DNA of 64,000 bases. Source: Myxococcota bacterium (lineage in GTDB: Bacteria > Myxococcota_A > Polyangia > Polyangiales > Sandaracinaceae). Numbering within the stretch: position 1 is the first letter of the stretch; each line of letters begins with the position of its first letter. Both the position numbers and the translations under genes were made by a program. This document shows positions 1 to 9,127 of this stretch, one piece after another. Where the stretch lies: positions 1 through 64,000 of the forward strand of contig JAYZQJ010000084.1 of assembly GCA_036149055.1 (NCBI GenBank), written 5' to 3'. Below the pieces are notes generated by a model. That model ran no database searches. It was not told where the DNA came from and saw nothing but the letters and a program-made list of their open reading frames with translations.

Positions 1-102
1 CGTTGCTCCTCCTCGCCGATGCGGGGCATCGACTCGTCGTCGCGCCTTGCCCTGAAACGCCGGTCCGGCGCCATCTCCCCTTCTACCGGTCGGATCTCCG
101 CA

Positions 103-1326
103 CTAGCGCGCGAGGCGGAGGCCCGAGAGCTGCCAGCGGGCGGTCGAGGGGAAGAAGTTGCGGTAGGTCGGGCGGACGTGGGCGCGGCGGGTGGTGCAGG
201 CGCCGCCGCGGAGCACGTACTGGTTGGCCATGAACTTTCCGTTGTACTCGCCGAGCGCGCCCGGGAGCGGGCGGTAGCCGGGGTAGGGCACGTAGGGGCT
301 GGCGGTCCACTCCCAGGTGTCGCCGAACATGCCGTGGAGCGCGCCGTCCCGGGTCGGCGCGGGGTGGAAGCGGCGGTCGTCGACGAACGCGCCGTCCGCG
401 CCCGCGTCGGCCGCGGCGCCCTCCCACTCGGCCTCGGGGGGCAGGCGCGCGCCCGCCCACTCGGCGTAGGCCGAGGCCTCGAACCAGCTCACGTGGGCGA
501 CCGGCTCGGCCGGATCGACGGGGCGCAGGCCGCGCAGGGTGAAGACCTTCCAGCCGTCGCCGTCGCGCTTCCAGTAGCCCGGCGCCTCCCAGCCCTGCTC
601 GTGCACCGCCGCCCAGCCCTCGGAGTGCCAGAGCGCGTGCTTCGCGTAGCCGCCGTCCTCCATGAAGGCGAGCCAGTCGCCGCAGGTGACCGGGCGCGAC
701 GCGATCTCGAAGGCGTCGAGGAAGACGCGGTGGCGGGGGCCCTCGTTGTCGAAGTGGAAGCCCTCGCCAGCGAAGCCGATCTCGCGCACGCCCTCCTCGT
801 AGCTGCACCACGACGGCGTCGGGCTCTCGCGCGGCCCGTCCTCGAGCGCGGGGAGGTAGCGCGGGTGGAGCGGGTTCTGCGCGAAGACGTGCTTGATGTC
901 GGTCAGGAGCAGCTCCTGGTGCTGCTCCTCGTGGTGGCAGCCGACCTCGACCACCGCCGCCAGCGCCTCGTCCAGGCCCGCGTCGAACGCGGCCTCCATC
1001 TTCGCGTCGACGTGCGCCCGGTAGGCCTGCACCTCGGCGACCGTGGGTCGCGAGAGCAGCCCTCGGCGGGGCCGCGGGAACTGCTCGCCCACGGTGTTGT
1101 AGTAGCTGTTGAAGAGCACCGCGTACGCCGGATCGAGCGGCTCGTAGCCGGGCAGCGCCTTCGCCAGCACGAAGGTCTCGAAGAACCAGGTGGTGTGCGC
1201 GAGGTGCCACTTCGTGGGGCTCACGTCGGGCATCGACTGCACGACCATGTCCTCGGGCGCGAGTGGCGCCGCCAGCTCGGCGGTGAGGGCCCGGACGTCT
1301 CGGTAGCGCGCGCGCAGATCGCTCAT
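103..1326 (-). CDS. egtB: Ergothioneine biosynthesis sulfoxide synthase EgtB (DinB_2 + FGE-sulfatase domains)
   Basis: Motifs QSMPDVSPTKWHLAHTTWFFETF, NSYY, HEEQHQELLLTD (Fe-binding HxxxH), GEYNGKFM, YRNFF, RWQLSGLRLAR. Confidence 0.95.
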   Translation of the reverse strand: MSDLRARYRDVRALTAELAAPLAPEDMVVQSMPDVSPTKWHLAHTTWFFETFVLAKALPGYEPLDPAYAVLFNSYYNTVGEQFPRPRRGLLSRPTVAEVQAYRAHVDAKMEAAFDAGLDEALAAVVEVGCHHEEQHQELLLTDIKHVFAQNPLHPRYLPALEDGPRESPTPSWCSYEEGVREIGFAGEGFHFDNEGPRHRVFLDAFEIASRPVTCGDWLAFMEDGGYAKHALWHSEGWAAVHEQGWEAPGYWKRDGDGWKVFTLRGLRPVDPAEPVAHVSWFEASAYAEWAGARLPPEAEWEGAAADAGADGAFVDDRRFHPAPTRDGALHGMFGDTWEWTASPYVPYPGYRPLPGALGEYNGKFMANQYVLRGGACTTRRAHVRPTYRNFFPSTARWQLSGLRLAR

Positions 1327-1366
1327 GGGCCCACTCTAGCCGCACGGAGCGGCGCGACCATTCTCG

Positions 1367-1978
1367 TCAGAAGATCCCGGTGAACGAGGCCGACGCGATC
1401 GAGGCGCTCTCGACCTGCGCGGCGACGTCGTTCTCGGGCGTGCTCCGGTCGACGTCGGGCAGGGCGGCGACGTCGAGCGCGTGCACCGTCCACTCGTAGG
1501 TGTTGCCGCGGCCGCCCGAGCAGGGGCCGAAGTAGCCGAAGTAGCCGCTGCCCTGGATCTCGGCCTGCTTGGCGCCGGCGGGGAACGCGGGCTCGTATCC
1601 GTCGGGCACGCCCTCGTCGATCGCGCGCACGTCGCCGGGGATGTCGTAGATCGCCCAGTGCACCAGCCCGCCCGCCGATCGGTCGCGCACGATCACCGCG
1701 TAGGACGCCGCCTCGGGGCCGCCGGTCCACGCGAGGGCCGGGGTCACGTCCTCGCCCATTCCGTCGGGCACCAGAGGCGGGCCGCACTGGTAGCGCTGCG
1801 GCACCGCCTCGCCGTCGCCGAACGCCGTCGTCTCGAGGGCCAGCGCGGGCGGAGGCCCGGCGTCCGGCGGCCCCGAGTCGTCGGGCCCCGCGTCGGAGAC
1901 CACGCCGGAGTCCAGCTCGGCGGGCTCGTCGCTGCAGCCGGCGAGCCCGAGCACCACGACCATGAGGAGCCATCGCAT
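1367..1978 (-). CDS. YbhB/YbcL family (PEBP/Raf kinase inhibitor-like) lipoprotein
   Basis: Lipobox LAGC, D[AS]G-rich linker, then GEDVTPALAW, VHWAIYDIP, GYFGPC, YEWTVHALD. ATG 1978 lies 6 nt after TAGGGT. Confidence 0.85.
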   Translation of the reverse strand: MRWLLMVVVLGLAGCSDEPAELDSGVVSDAGPDDSGPPDAGPPPALALETTAFGDGEAVPQRYQCGPPLVPDGMGEDVTPALAWTGGPEAASYAVIVRDRSAGGLVHWAIYDIPGDVRAIDEGVPDGYEPAFPAGAKQAEIQGSGYFGYFGPCSGGRGNTYEWTVHALDVAALPDVDRSTPENDVAAQVESASIASASFTGIF

Positions 1979-1990
1979 GCGCACACCCTA

Positions 1991-2698
1991 TCAGGGGCGG
2001 CGGGCGCTGGGGCGGAGGGCGCTGGGGCGGGAGGCGACGGTCACGTGATCCCCCTCGGTCACCGCGCCGCGCAGATCCGTCGAGCGCACGCCCGTGAAGC
2101 CCGCGTCGGCGAGGGCGGCCTCGAGCTCCGCCGGCGTGAAGGTCCGGAAGCCGTGGCGGGTGATCTCGCCGAAGCGCTCCATCTTCGCGCGCCCGGTGTA
2201 GCCGAAGGCGACGCGGCCTCCGGGCGCCAGCACGCGCGAGAGCTCGGAGAGCGCGGCCGGCAGGTCGTCCCAGAAGTAGATCGTGTTGGTCGTGCAGATC
2301 GCGTCGACCAGCCCGTCCCGGAGCGGCAGCGCGGTCACGTCGCCCGTCACGAGGTCGAGCCGCCCCGCCCGGACCAGCGCGCCGAGCCGGCGGTGCCCCT
2401 CCGAGACCATGTCGGGCGACACGTCCACGCCGTAGAGCGCGGCGCGGGTCCGCTCGGCCGCGCGCCGGATCGCGGCGCCGCCCCCGAAGCCGACGTCGAG
2501 GAAGCGGTCCGCCGGCGCGAGCGCGAGCGCGTCGAGCGTGGCCTCGATGAGCGCGGCGTTTCCGTCGTCGAGCCCGCGGGTCATCACCCAGCGCCCGAAC
2601 CAGCCCGAGGGGCGGCGCAGCTGGGCGGCGAGGAAGCGGTGCGGGATCAGGCGCGCCGCGAGGAGATTCGAGAGGGTGCGCCTCCGGTCGGCGGTCAT
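1991..2698 (-). CDS. Class I SAM-dependent methyltransferase
   Basis: AQLRRPSGWFG N-terminus, motif I FLDVGFGGG, GVDVSPDM, NTIYFW, RVLAPGGRV. Confidence 0.88.
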   Translation of the reverse strand: MTADRRRTLSNLLAARLIPHRFLAAQLRRPSGWFGRWVMTRGLDDGNAALIEATLDALALAPADRFLDVGFGGGAAIRRAAERTRAALYGVDVSPDMVSEGHRRLGALVRAGRLDLVTGDVTALPLRDGLVDAICTTNTIYFWDDLPAALSELSRVLAPGGRVAFGYTGRAKMERFGEITRHGFRTFTPAELEAALADAGFTGVRSTDLRGAVTEGDHVTVASRPSALRPSARRP

Positions 2699-2757
2699 GG
2701 CTCGAGGCGTGGCGTCCTGCCTCGCCGCGGTCAAGGGGACGATGAAGTACGAAGGAT

Positions 2758-2775
2758 GACATTCGACGACATTCG
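2758..2775. promoter_or_regulatory. Tandem direct repeat GACATTCG x2 (10-bp period) in a divergent intergenic region
   Basis: Copies at 2758-2765 and 2768-2775, between the starts at 2698 (-) and 2815 (+). Confidence 0.35.
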
Positions 2776-2814
2776 GGGGGCTACTTGATCGGCGAAGCAC
2801 GAAAGGACCCCGAC

Positions 2815-3096
2815 ATGAAGCACCTGAAGACTCTCCTCTCCCTGCTCGCCGCCCTGACCCTCGCGCTGGCCCTGCCGGCGTGCGAGGAGGAGGAGGCCGA
2901 GGTCGAGACCGAGGCCGAGTCGGTCGAGACCGAGGTCGAGGCGGAGATGGACGAGGCGGCCCAGGAGGTCGAGCAGGCCGCCGAGGACACCGAGGCCGCG
3001 GCCGAGGAGGCGGCGCAGGACGTCGAGCAGGCGGCCGAGGGCGCCGAGGCCGAGGTCGAGGCGGAGGCCGAAGCCGAGATGGCGGAGGAGGAGTAG
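2815..3096 (+). CDS. Small, highly acidic Glu/Ala-rich lipoprotein
   Basis: SD-like AAGGA, signal peptide MKHLKTLLSLLAALTLALALPAC, then a low-complexity E/A helix. Confidence 0.75.
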   Translation: MKHLKTLLSLLAALTLALALPACEEEEAEVETEAESVETEVEAEMDEAAQEVEQAAEDTEAAAEEAAQDVEQAAEGAEAEVEAEAEAEMAEEE

Positions 3097-3099
3097 CCG

Positions 3100-3843
3100 T
3101 CAGCTCGGAAGGTCGAGCCGGACGACGGTGCGCGCCGGATCCACGGGGCTGGGCTCTCGCTGGATCCGGATGCGCTCCTTCGCGTCGCGCCCGACGGTGT
3201 CGCCGGTGGGCAGCGACTTGTTCGGATCCTCGATCATCCAGCGGACGAGCCCGAGCAGGAAGTCGAGCGCGCCCCGGCCCGAGACCGGCGCGGTGACGAA
3301 GAAGTCCTCCCGGCCGTAGCGCTCGAGGCCGTGCGAGAGGAACGACATGCGGTCGTCCGGCTCGGCCGCCGCGGTCACGTCGACGACGATCTCGATCGGG
3401 ACCTCGCCGTGCTGCGCCGCGTCGGCCGCGAGCTCGGCGAAGAGCGACGCGTCGTAGAAGAGCCGGCCGTGGCCGAGCATCGCGGCGGTGGCCGGGCTCG
3501 CGCGCACCACGGCGGCGGTCAGCGCGGCGAGCGTCCGGTCCTTCTCGCGCACGTCGCCCTCGAGGCCGAGGGTCGTCACCACGTAGTGCGCGGGGGCCGC
3601 GGCCAGCTCGTCGGGCGGCGGGGTCATGGGCCCGGCCATCATCGCGGCGTCCGGGGGCGGCGCGGGCATCAGCATGACCAGCAGCCGCGTGTCGCCCCCC
3701 AGGGAGACGACGGCGGGCCCGTCCGCCTCGGTGGGGGCGTCCGCGTCCGCCTCCGCGAACCCGAGCTCGCGGAGGGCGGCGACGAGCCGACCGAGGTCGG
3801 GGCGCTCGGCCCGGGACAGGAGCACGAAGGCGAGGTCCGGCAT
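3100..3843 (-). CDS. DUF4261-like hypothetical protein
   Basis: C-terminal SHGLERYGREDF...LPTGDTVG...RIRIQREPSPVDP pattern typical of DUF4261 proteins; TAGTCT 7 nt before ATG. Confidence 0.7.
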   Translation of the reverse strand: MPDLAFVLLSRAERPDLGRLVAALRELGFAEADADAPTEADGPAVVSLGGDTRLLVMLMPAPPPDAAMMAGPMTPPPDELAAAPAHYVVTTLGLEGDVREKDRTLAALTAAVVRASPATAAMLGHGRLFYDASLFAELAADAAQHGEVPIEIVVDVTAAAEPDDRMSFLSHGLERYGREDFFVTAPVSGRGALDFLLGLVRWMIEDPNKSLPTGDTVGRDAKERIRIQREPSPVDPARTVVRLDLPS

Positions 3844-3863
3844 GGCCGAGAGACTACCTCAGG

Positions 3864-5669
3864 TCAGCGGCAGCAGATCGCGACGCCGCAGCTCTCGCTC
3901 ACCGAGTTCGTGCACGAGCTGGTGGTGAGGCAGCCGGCGAACTCGGGGCCGCGCACGTAGTAGGGCGACGAGCCGCCGGTGACGTGGGCGTAGATGTTGG
4001 AGGCGCTCCCGCACGCGCAGGTCGCCGCGCCGCCGCCGCAGTTGCAGCCGGCGCCCGCCATGTAGGTGCGCGTGACCGGCTCGCAGAGGACCGACGCGGG
4101 GCAGAGATCCCAGCCGGCGCCGAGGGCGGTGCAGACGGCGCGCGCCGTGGTCTGGTCGGCCGACGACACGGTGGACGGCATGTAGGCGCAGGTCCCGGAG
4201 ATCATCACGCCCGGGCACGGCATGGTGCCGCAGAAGCCCATGGTGCAGACGCCGGTCGCGCAGTCGGTCGCGGCCGAGCACCGATCGTTGTCCGGGCAGC
4301 GCGGGCAGGCGGTCGCGCCGCCGCAGTCGACGTCGGTCTCGCCGCCGTTGCGGACGCCGTCGGTGCAGGTGGGGGTCGCGCAGGCGCCGCCGTCGCACAC
4401 CCCGGAGAGGCAGTCGCCGCCGGTCACGCAGGTCTCGCCCGGGTCGCAGCCGATGCAGGTCCCGCCGCCGCAGTCGACGTCGGTCTCGGCGCCGTTGAGC
4501 AGGCCGTCACCGCAGCCGGGCGCGTTGCAGCGCATGGTGCCGGCGTCACAGATCCCCGACATGCAGTCGCTCGGGCCGTCGCAGAGCAGCCCGGTGCCGC
4601 AGCCCGGGCAGGCGGTCCCGCCGCAGTCGACGTCGGTCTCGTCCTGGTTGAGCATCATGTCGGCGCAGCTGACGCAGACGCCGTCCTCGCAGACGCCGGA
4701 GGCGCAGTCCGCCGCGCCGGCGCAGGTGCGGCCGTCGGCGCACGGCCCGCAGGTCGAGCCGCCGCAGTCGACGTCCACCTCGTCCTGGTTGCGGACGCCG
4801 TCGGAGCAGCTGACGCAGGCGCCGTCCTCGCAGGAGCCGCTCGCGCAGTCTCCGTCGACCGCGCAGGCCCCACCGTCGGCGCACCCCGGGCAGGAGGCGC
4901 CGCCGCAGTCCACGTCGCTCTCGTCGCCGTTGAGGATGCCGTCCTCGCAGGAGACGCAGCCGCCCATGACGCAGCGCGAGCTCTCGCAGTCCATGTCGAT
5001 CATGCACGCGAGGCCGTCGCCGCACGGCGGGCAGACCGTGCCGCCGCAGTCGAGGCTGGTCTCGTCCTGGTTCTGCACCGAGTCGTTGCAGGCGGGGCGC
5101 GTGCACTGGCCGGAGGCGCAGATCAGGCTCTGGCAGTCGTCGTCCTCGAGGCAGCTCGCGTCGGCGCCGCAGGGCTCACACATGTCGCCGCCGCAGTCGA
5201 TGTCGGTCTCGTCGCGGTTCTGCCGCCCGTCGTCGCAGGAGCTCATGGTGCACATGCCGCCCATGCAGCGTCCGCTCAGGCACTGGTCGTTGGTGGTGCA
5301 GGGCTCGCCGCCGCCGCAGAGCGGGCACGGGTCCTGACCGCAGTCGACGCCGGTCTCCTCGCCGTTGCGCACGCCGTCCATGCAGGACGGCACGAGGCAG
5401 CGGCTGCGGCTGCAGACGCCGCTCTCGCAGTCGTCGGCCTCGCGGCAGGACTCGCCGTCCGCGCAGGGCTCGCACGAGCCGCCGCAGTCGACCCCCGACT
5501 CGTCGCCGTCGCGCTCCCCGTTGTCGCACTCCGGGGCGGGCGGGCCCGCGTCGACGCTCGCGTCCATCGGTGCCGGGATGCGGCCCGCGTCCGGGTCGTC
5601 GCCGCCGTCGCAGCCGAGGAGAGAGGAGCTGGCCGTGAGGCACATCGCGAGCAGGCAGAGTCGCTTCAT
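3864..5669 (-). CDS. Cys-rich repeat lipoprotein: 9 repeats of about 48 aa with 8 Cys each, plus a C-terminal lectin-like tip
   Basis: Lipobox LLGC; repeats [23 protein letters not shown]...C...DC.SG.C...C; unique Cys-containing C-terminal domain. Confidence 0.85.
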   Translation of the reverse strand: MKRLCLLAMCLTASSSLLGCDGGDDPDAGRIPAPMDASVDAGPPAPECDNGERDGDESGVDCGGSCEPCADGESCREADDCESGVCSRSRCLVPSCMDGVRNGEETGVDCGQDPCPLCGGGEPCTTNDQCLSGRCMGGMCTMSSCDDGRQNRDETDIDCGGDMCEPCGADASCLEDDDCQSLICASGQCTRPACNDSVQNQDETSLDCGGTVCPPCGDGLACMIDMDCESSRCVMGGCVSCEDGILNGDESDVDCGGASCPGCADGGACAVDGDCASGSCEDGACVSCSDGVRNQDEVDVDCGGSTCGPCADGRTCAGAADCASGVCEDGVCVSCADMMLNQDETDVDCGGTACPGCGTGLLCDGPSDCMSGICDAGTMRCNAPGCGDGLLNGAETDVDCGGGTCIGCDPGETCVTGGDCLSGVCDGGACATPTCTDGVRNGGETDVDCGGATACPRCPDNDRCSAATDCATGVCTMGFCGTMPCPGVMISGTCAYMPSTVSSADQTTARAVCTALGAGWDLCPASVLCEPVTRTYMAGAGCNCGGGAATCACGSASNIYAHVTGGSSPYYVRGPEFAGCLTTSSCTNSVSESCGVAICCR

Positions 5670-5790
5670 GCACGGGAACAAAGCGTGACGGGAGGGCCTC
5701 GGCAAGTGACGAGCGCGTGTCCCGTGAGGGATCGCCGCCGCGATGCGCGGTCCACTCACGCGCGCGTGTCCGACGAACGCTGACTTGCGC

Positions 5791-7137
5791 TCACCGCGCG
5801 AGCGCGACCCGGGGGGCGGTCTCGTACAGGCGCAGCGCCCACAGCCCGCAGCTGAAGCGGCCGAGGGCGGAGACGACGAAGAGGGTGCGCAGCGCCTCCG
5901 CGCCCACGGTCTCGACGACGGAGGTCGCGGCCAGCGCCGAGAGCGCGAAGCCCACGCCCGCGGCGGCGGCGAAGGCGGCGAGGAAGAAGGGGCGCCGGTC
6001 CCGCGGGCTCACCGCGAGCGGCCAGTCGAGGGAGGCGATCCCGTGCCCGCCCCAGAGCACGCCGGCCACGACGGCGTCGAGGAGCAGCGGCCACCAGGCG
6101 TCGGGGGTGCTCACCGCCCAGAGGAGCGGCATCGCGGCGATGCCCATCGAGCAGAGGGCGAGGGCGCGGCGGGCGCCGTGGCGCTGCACGAAGACGCCCC
6201 AGAGGCCGGCGGTCGCGATCCGGGCGGCGGCGACGATCACGCCGTGGAGGGCGAGGAAGGAGAAGCCGAGGGCGAGCCCGTCCAGCACGTGGAGCGCCCA
6301 GAAGCAGGCGGCCGGCGCGATCGCGGCGCCCCAGGCCAGCTGGTAGAGCAGGAAGTCTCGCGCCTGCGGGTGCCGGAGCACCGCCCCGAACGCGGCGAGG
6401 TCTCCGGGGTTGCGCTCGCCCCGCGCCGGGTCGACCTGCATCGCGAGGAAGACGCCGCTGACCACGCCGGTGCTGGCGGCCACCGCCGACACGATCGCGA
6501 GGGCGGGGCCGGGCGCGTCGCTCCCGTCGAGCAGCAGCCCGGTGCCGAGCGCCCCGAGGGCTCCGGCCCCGGTCAGCCACGCGGTGCGCACCCCGAAGAA
6601 GCGGCCCCGGATCCGCGCGGGCACCAGGTCTCCCACCCAGGCGCTCCAGGCGTTCGTGCCCACGACGGTCAGCACGCCCGAGGCCACGGTGATCGCGACG
6701 AGCATGCGGAGCGCGACCTCGGCGGGGACGCTCAGGGCGGGCACGAGCGCCATCGGCGCCCAGATCACGCGGGCGAGGGTGAGGGTCACGATGGCGAGCC
6801 GCCGGCGGTCCACCCGGCTCGTCCACCAGCCCGCGGGCAGGTGCATGACCTGCGAGGCGACCGGGACCGCGCCGAGCGCGCCGATGGTGGTGGCGTCCGC
6901 GCCCAGGTGGAGGGCCCAGCCGGTGACCACCGCGCCGGTCGCGCAGGCCACGAAGACCTCCGCCATCGCGCCCTCGGCGACGTTGGCCCAGAGCGAGCGG
7001 CGTCGCTCGACGCGCTTCGTCCCGGTCGGAGGGGGCGGGGCCGGCGGCGCCAGCGCGGCGGGCGCGAGGAGGCCGGGCCGCATGACGGGCCAGGCCTGGG
7101 CGACACGCGCCAGAGACGAGAGCAGCCGGTTCGACAA
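5791..7137 (-). CDS. MFS transporter (start uncertain; ATG at 7083 is an alternative)
   Basis: Multiple hydrophobic segments; [31 protein letters not shown] and [14 protein letters not shown] loop motifs. Confidence 0.85.
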   Translation of the reverse strand: MSNRLLSSLARVAQAWPVMRPGLLAPAALAPPAPPPPTGTKRVERRRSLWANVAEGAMAEVFVACATGAVVTGWALHLGADATTIGALGAVPVASQVMHLPAGWWTSRVDRRRLAIVTLTLARVIWAPMALVPALSVPAEVALRMLVAITVASGVLTVVGTNAWSAWVGDLVPARIRGRFFGVRTAWLTGAGALGALGTGLLLDGSDAPGPALAIVSAVAASTGVVSGVFLAMQVDPARGERNPGDLAAFGAVLRHPQARDFLLYQLAWGAAIAPAACFWALHVLDGLALGFSFLALHGVIVAAARIATAGLWGVFVQRHGARRALALCSMGIAAMPLLWAVSTPDAWWPLLLDAVVAGVLWGGHGIASLDWPLAVSPRDRRPFFLAAFAAAAGVGFALSALAATSVVETVGAEALRTLFVVSALGRFSCGLWALRLYETAPRVALAR

Positions 7138-7192
7138 CGACGTGACCCGCGCGTCGGAAGATGACCACGCCGCGGGGCCGCCGCCAGTGAAA

Positions 7193-8866
7193 TCAAGCCG
7201 CGCGTCGTCGACGCCAGAGCGCGGCCAGCGAGAGCAGCAGCAGCGCCCCGAGGCCGGGCCGCCCGCGTCCGCCGATCCGGCAGCCGCAGCCGGAGGAGGT
7301 CTCGCCCGCGCCGCCGTCGGGGGAGGCGCCGCCGTCGCGTGTCGGCGTGGCGGCGTCGTCTCCGGTGGGCGGGCCCGCGTCCTCGGTGGGCGGGACCCCG
7401 CCGTCCACGGGCGGCTCGGGGGTGAGGCCGCCCATCGGCCCGATGTAGCTGCGCGCGACCACCACGTGGTCGATGAACGCGTGCTGGTCGTGGGGCGAGG
7501 GCGCGGTGCCGCCGTGATAGATGTTCATCCAGATCCGCTCGATGCGCAGGGAGCCCACGTCGCGGAAGCGCATGTCGCTCCGCTCCATGGACGGCACCCC
7601 GTCGATCCAGGCGCGGAGCACGCCGTCGCTCGCGCCCGGCGTGTTGAGCCGGACGTGCATGTCGACGCACACCCAGCGCCCCGGCTCGAGGAGGCCGCCG
7701 CGGCCCTCGGGACCCCAGCTCTCCACCCACGAGAAGTTGTCGCCGAACCGGCCCTCCATGGCGGCGTGGTAGACGTAGTGGCCGAGCGCGGTGCGGCCGG
7801 CGAGCGGGTTGCCGTCCGGCACCGTCCGGCTGAACGCGCCCCGGGCCGACCAGCCGTTGGACCCGTCGGAGCGCCTCCCGCCCCAGCCGGCGCGCCCGTA
7901 GGTGCCGCTGATGCCGGGCATCTTCCCGCCGTCGACGGTTTGGTCCCAGTCGTCGCCGAGGCGGAGGTAGTAGCGGAAGTAGATCTCCTCGGGCTCCTCG
8001 CCGAGCTCGTCCATGAAGTCGTAGTGGGAGTTCAGCGCGGTGTGCTCACCCTCGGGGACGACCACCCGCAGCGCCCGCCCGGAGATCGGCGCGAAGCCGA
8101 ACGCGGAGTCGTCGGGCTCGGCCACGTCGAACACGCCGCCGTGCGCCGTCCACCCGCTCATCCAGTCGTCCGCCTCGTAGCCCTCCACGAAGACGACGTC
8201 GGGGTGGGACGCGATGCCCTCGTCGCGCTCGTAGCCAGCCGCGAGCCCCGCCTCGGGCGCGGGCGCGGCGACTCCGGTGACGACCGAGAAGACCTCGACG
8301 TCGCCGCTCCCGAACTGCCGGAGCGTGTACAGCCGCAGCGTCGCGCGGCTCACCTCGGTGACGCCGGAGAGATCGAAGCGGAGCAGCGCGCGCCCGGCCC
8401 GGAGCTCCTCGCTCTCCCCCATCTGCTGAAAGGTCGAGGCCTCGAGGTAGGTGTCCGCGGTGGGCTCCAGGGTGACGCCGTCGACGACGAGCTCCGGGGG
8501 CGTCGCGCCCTCGCGGCTCGAGAAGATGAAGGTGCCGCCCCGCAGGTAGAAGCCGTACTCGGGCACCGAGCCGTCGAGCCAGGCGGCCACGAGGTCGGTG
8601 ACGTCCCACTCGATCCAGCGCTCGGTGTCGGTGTCCTCGATCGTCGTGGTGGCCCACGCCGCGTCGCCGTGGAGGGCGCCGTCCCCGTCGGTCCAGTCGC
8701 CCAGCTGCTGTCGCCAGCGCAGGCCGGCGCCGCGGTTGTAGAAGTCGCGGGTCGCGCCGTCGTCGATCGCGTTCTGGCCCTCGGCCCACGCGTCGAGCTG
8801 CGCGGAGGCGGCGCAGGGCAGGGCCAGCGGGAGAGCGAGGGCGAGCAGGGCGGGGGGCGTTCGCAT
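7193..8866 (-). CDS. Secreted polysaccharide-lyase-14-like protein with DNRLRE-like N-terminal modules and a MYXO-CTERM tail
   Basis: Signal peptide ASA|Q; WDVTDLVAAW and ADTYL..ALLRFDLS modules; EIYFRYYLRL, GGKMPG, DGVLRAWIDG, WMNIYHGG; tail SGCGCRIGG-hydrophobic-RRRR. Confidence 0.75.
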   Translation of the reverse strand: MRTPPALLALALPLALPCAASAQLDAWAEGQNAIDDGATRDFYNRGAGLRWRQQLGDWTDGDGALHGDAAWATTTIEDTDTERWIEWDVTDLVAAWLDGSVPEYGFYLRGGTFIFSSREGATPPELVVDGVTLEPTADTYLEASTFQQMGESEELRAGRALLRFDLSGVTEVSRATLRLYTLRQFGSGDVEVFSVVTGVAAPAPEAGLAAGYERDEGIASHPDVVFVEGYEADDWMSGWTAHGGVFDVAEPDDSAFGFAPISGRALRVVVPEGEHTALNSHYDFMDELGEEPEEIYFRYYLRLGDDWDQTVDGGKMPGISGTYGRAGWGGRRSDGSNGWSARGAFSRTVPDGNPLAGRTALGHYVYHAAMEGRFGDNFSWVESWGPEGRGGLLEPGRWVCVDMHVRLNTPGASDGVLRAWIDGVPSMERSDMRFRDVGSLRIERIWMNIYHGGTAPSPHDQHAFIDHVVVARSYIGPMGGLTPEPPVDGGVPPTEDAGPPTGDDAATPTRDGGASPDGGAGETSSGCGCRIGGRGRPGLGALLLLSLAALWRRRRAA

Positions 8867-9127
8867 CCGTCCACGCTAGCAGGAGCGGGCCCCCCGGCGG
8901 ACTACGCCGTTCGCGCGAATCGACGCGCGTGTAGGCCCGCGGCCTACCTCACGCGTCGGCCGACTGCCGTTCTCTGCTGTCGGAGGATGTCGTGCGTAAA
9001 GTGCGCGTGCGACATGTGAGGCAATTTTGCGTGCTTTGAGATGGCTCACTGGAGTGGGTCGTAGGACTGCGAATGGGCGTAGGTTGAAGCGATTCGAGCT
9101 GTCCTCTTCTCTTCTTCGGGAGACCTC

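Noticed and set aside
1991..2698. Methyltransferase near egtB as EgtD
   Set aside because: Too short and lacks EgtD family motifs; a generic class I methyltransferase
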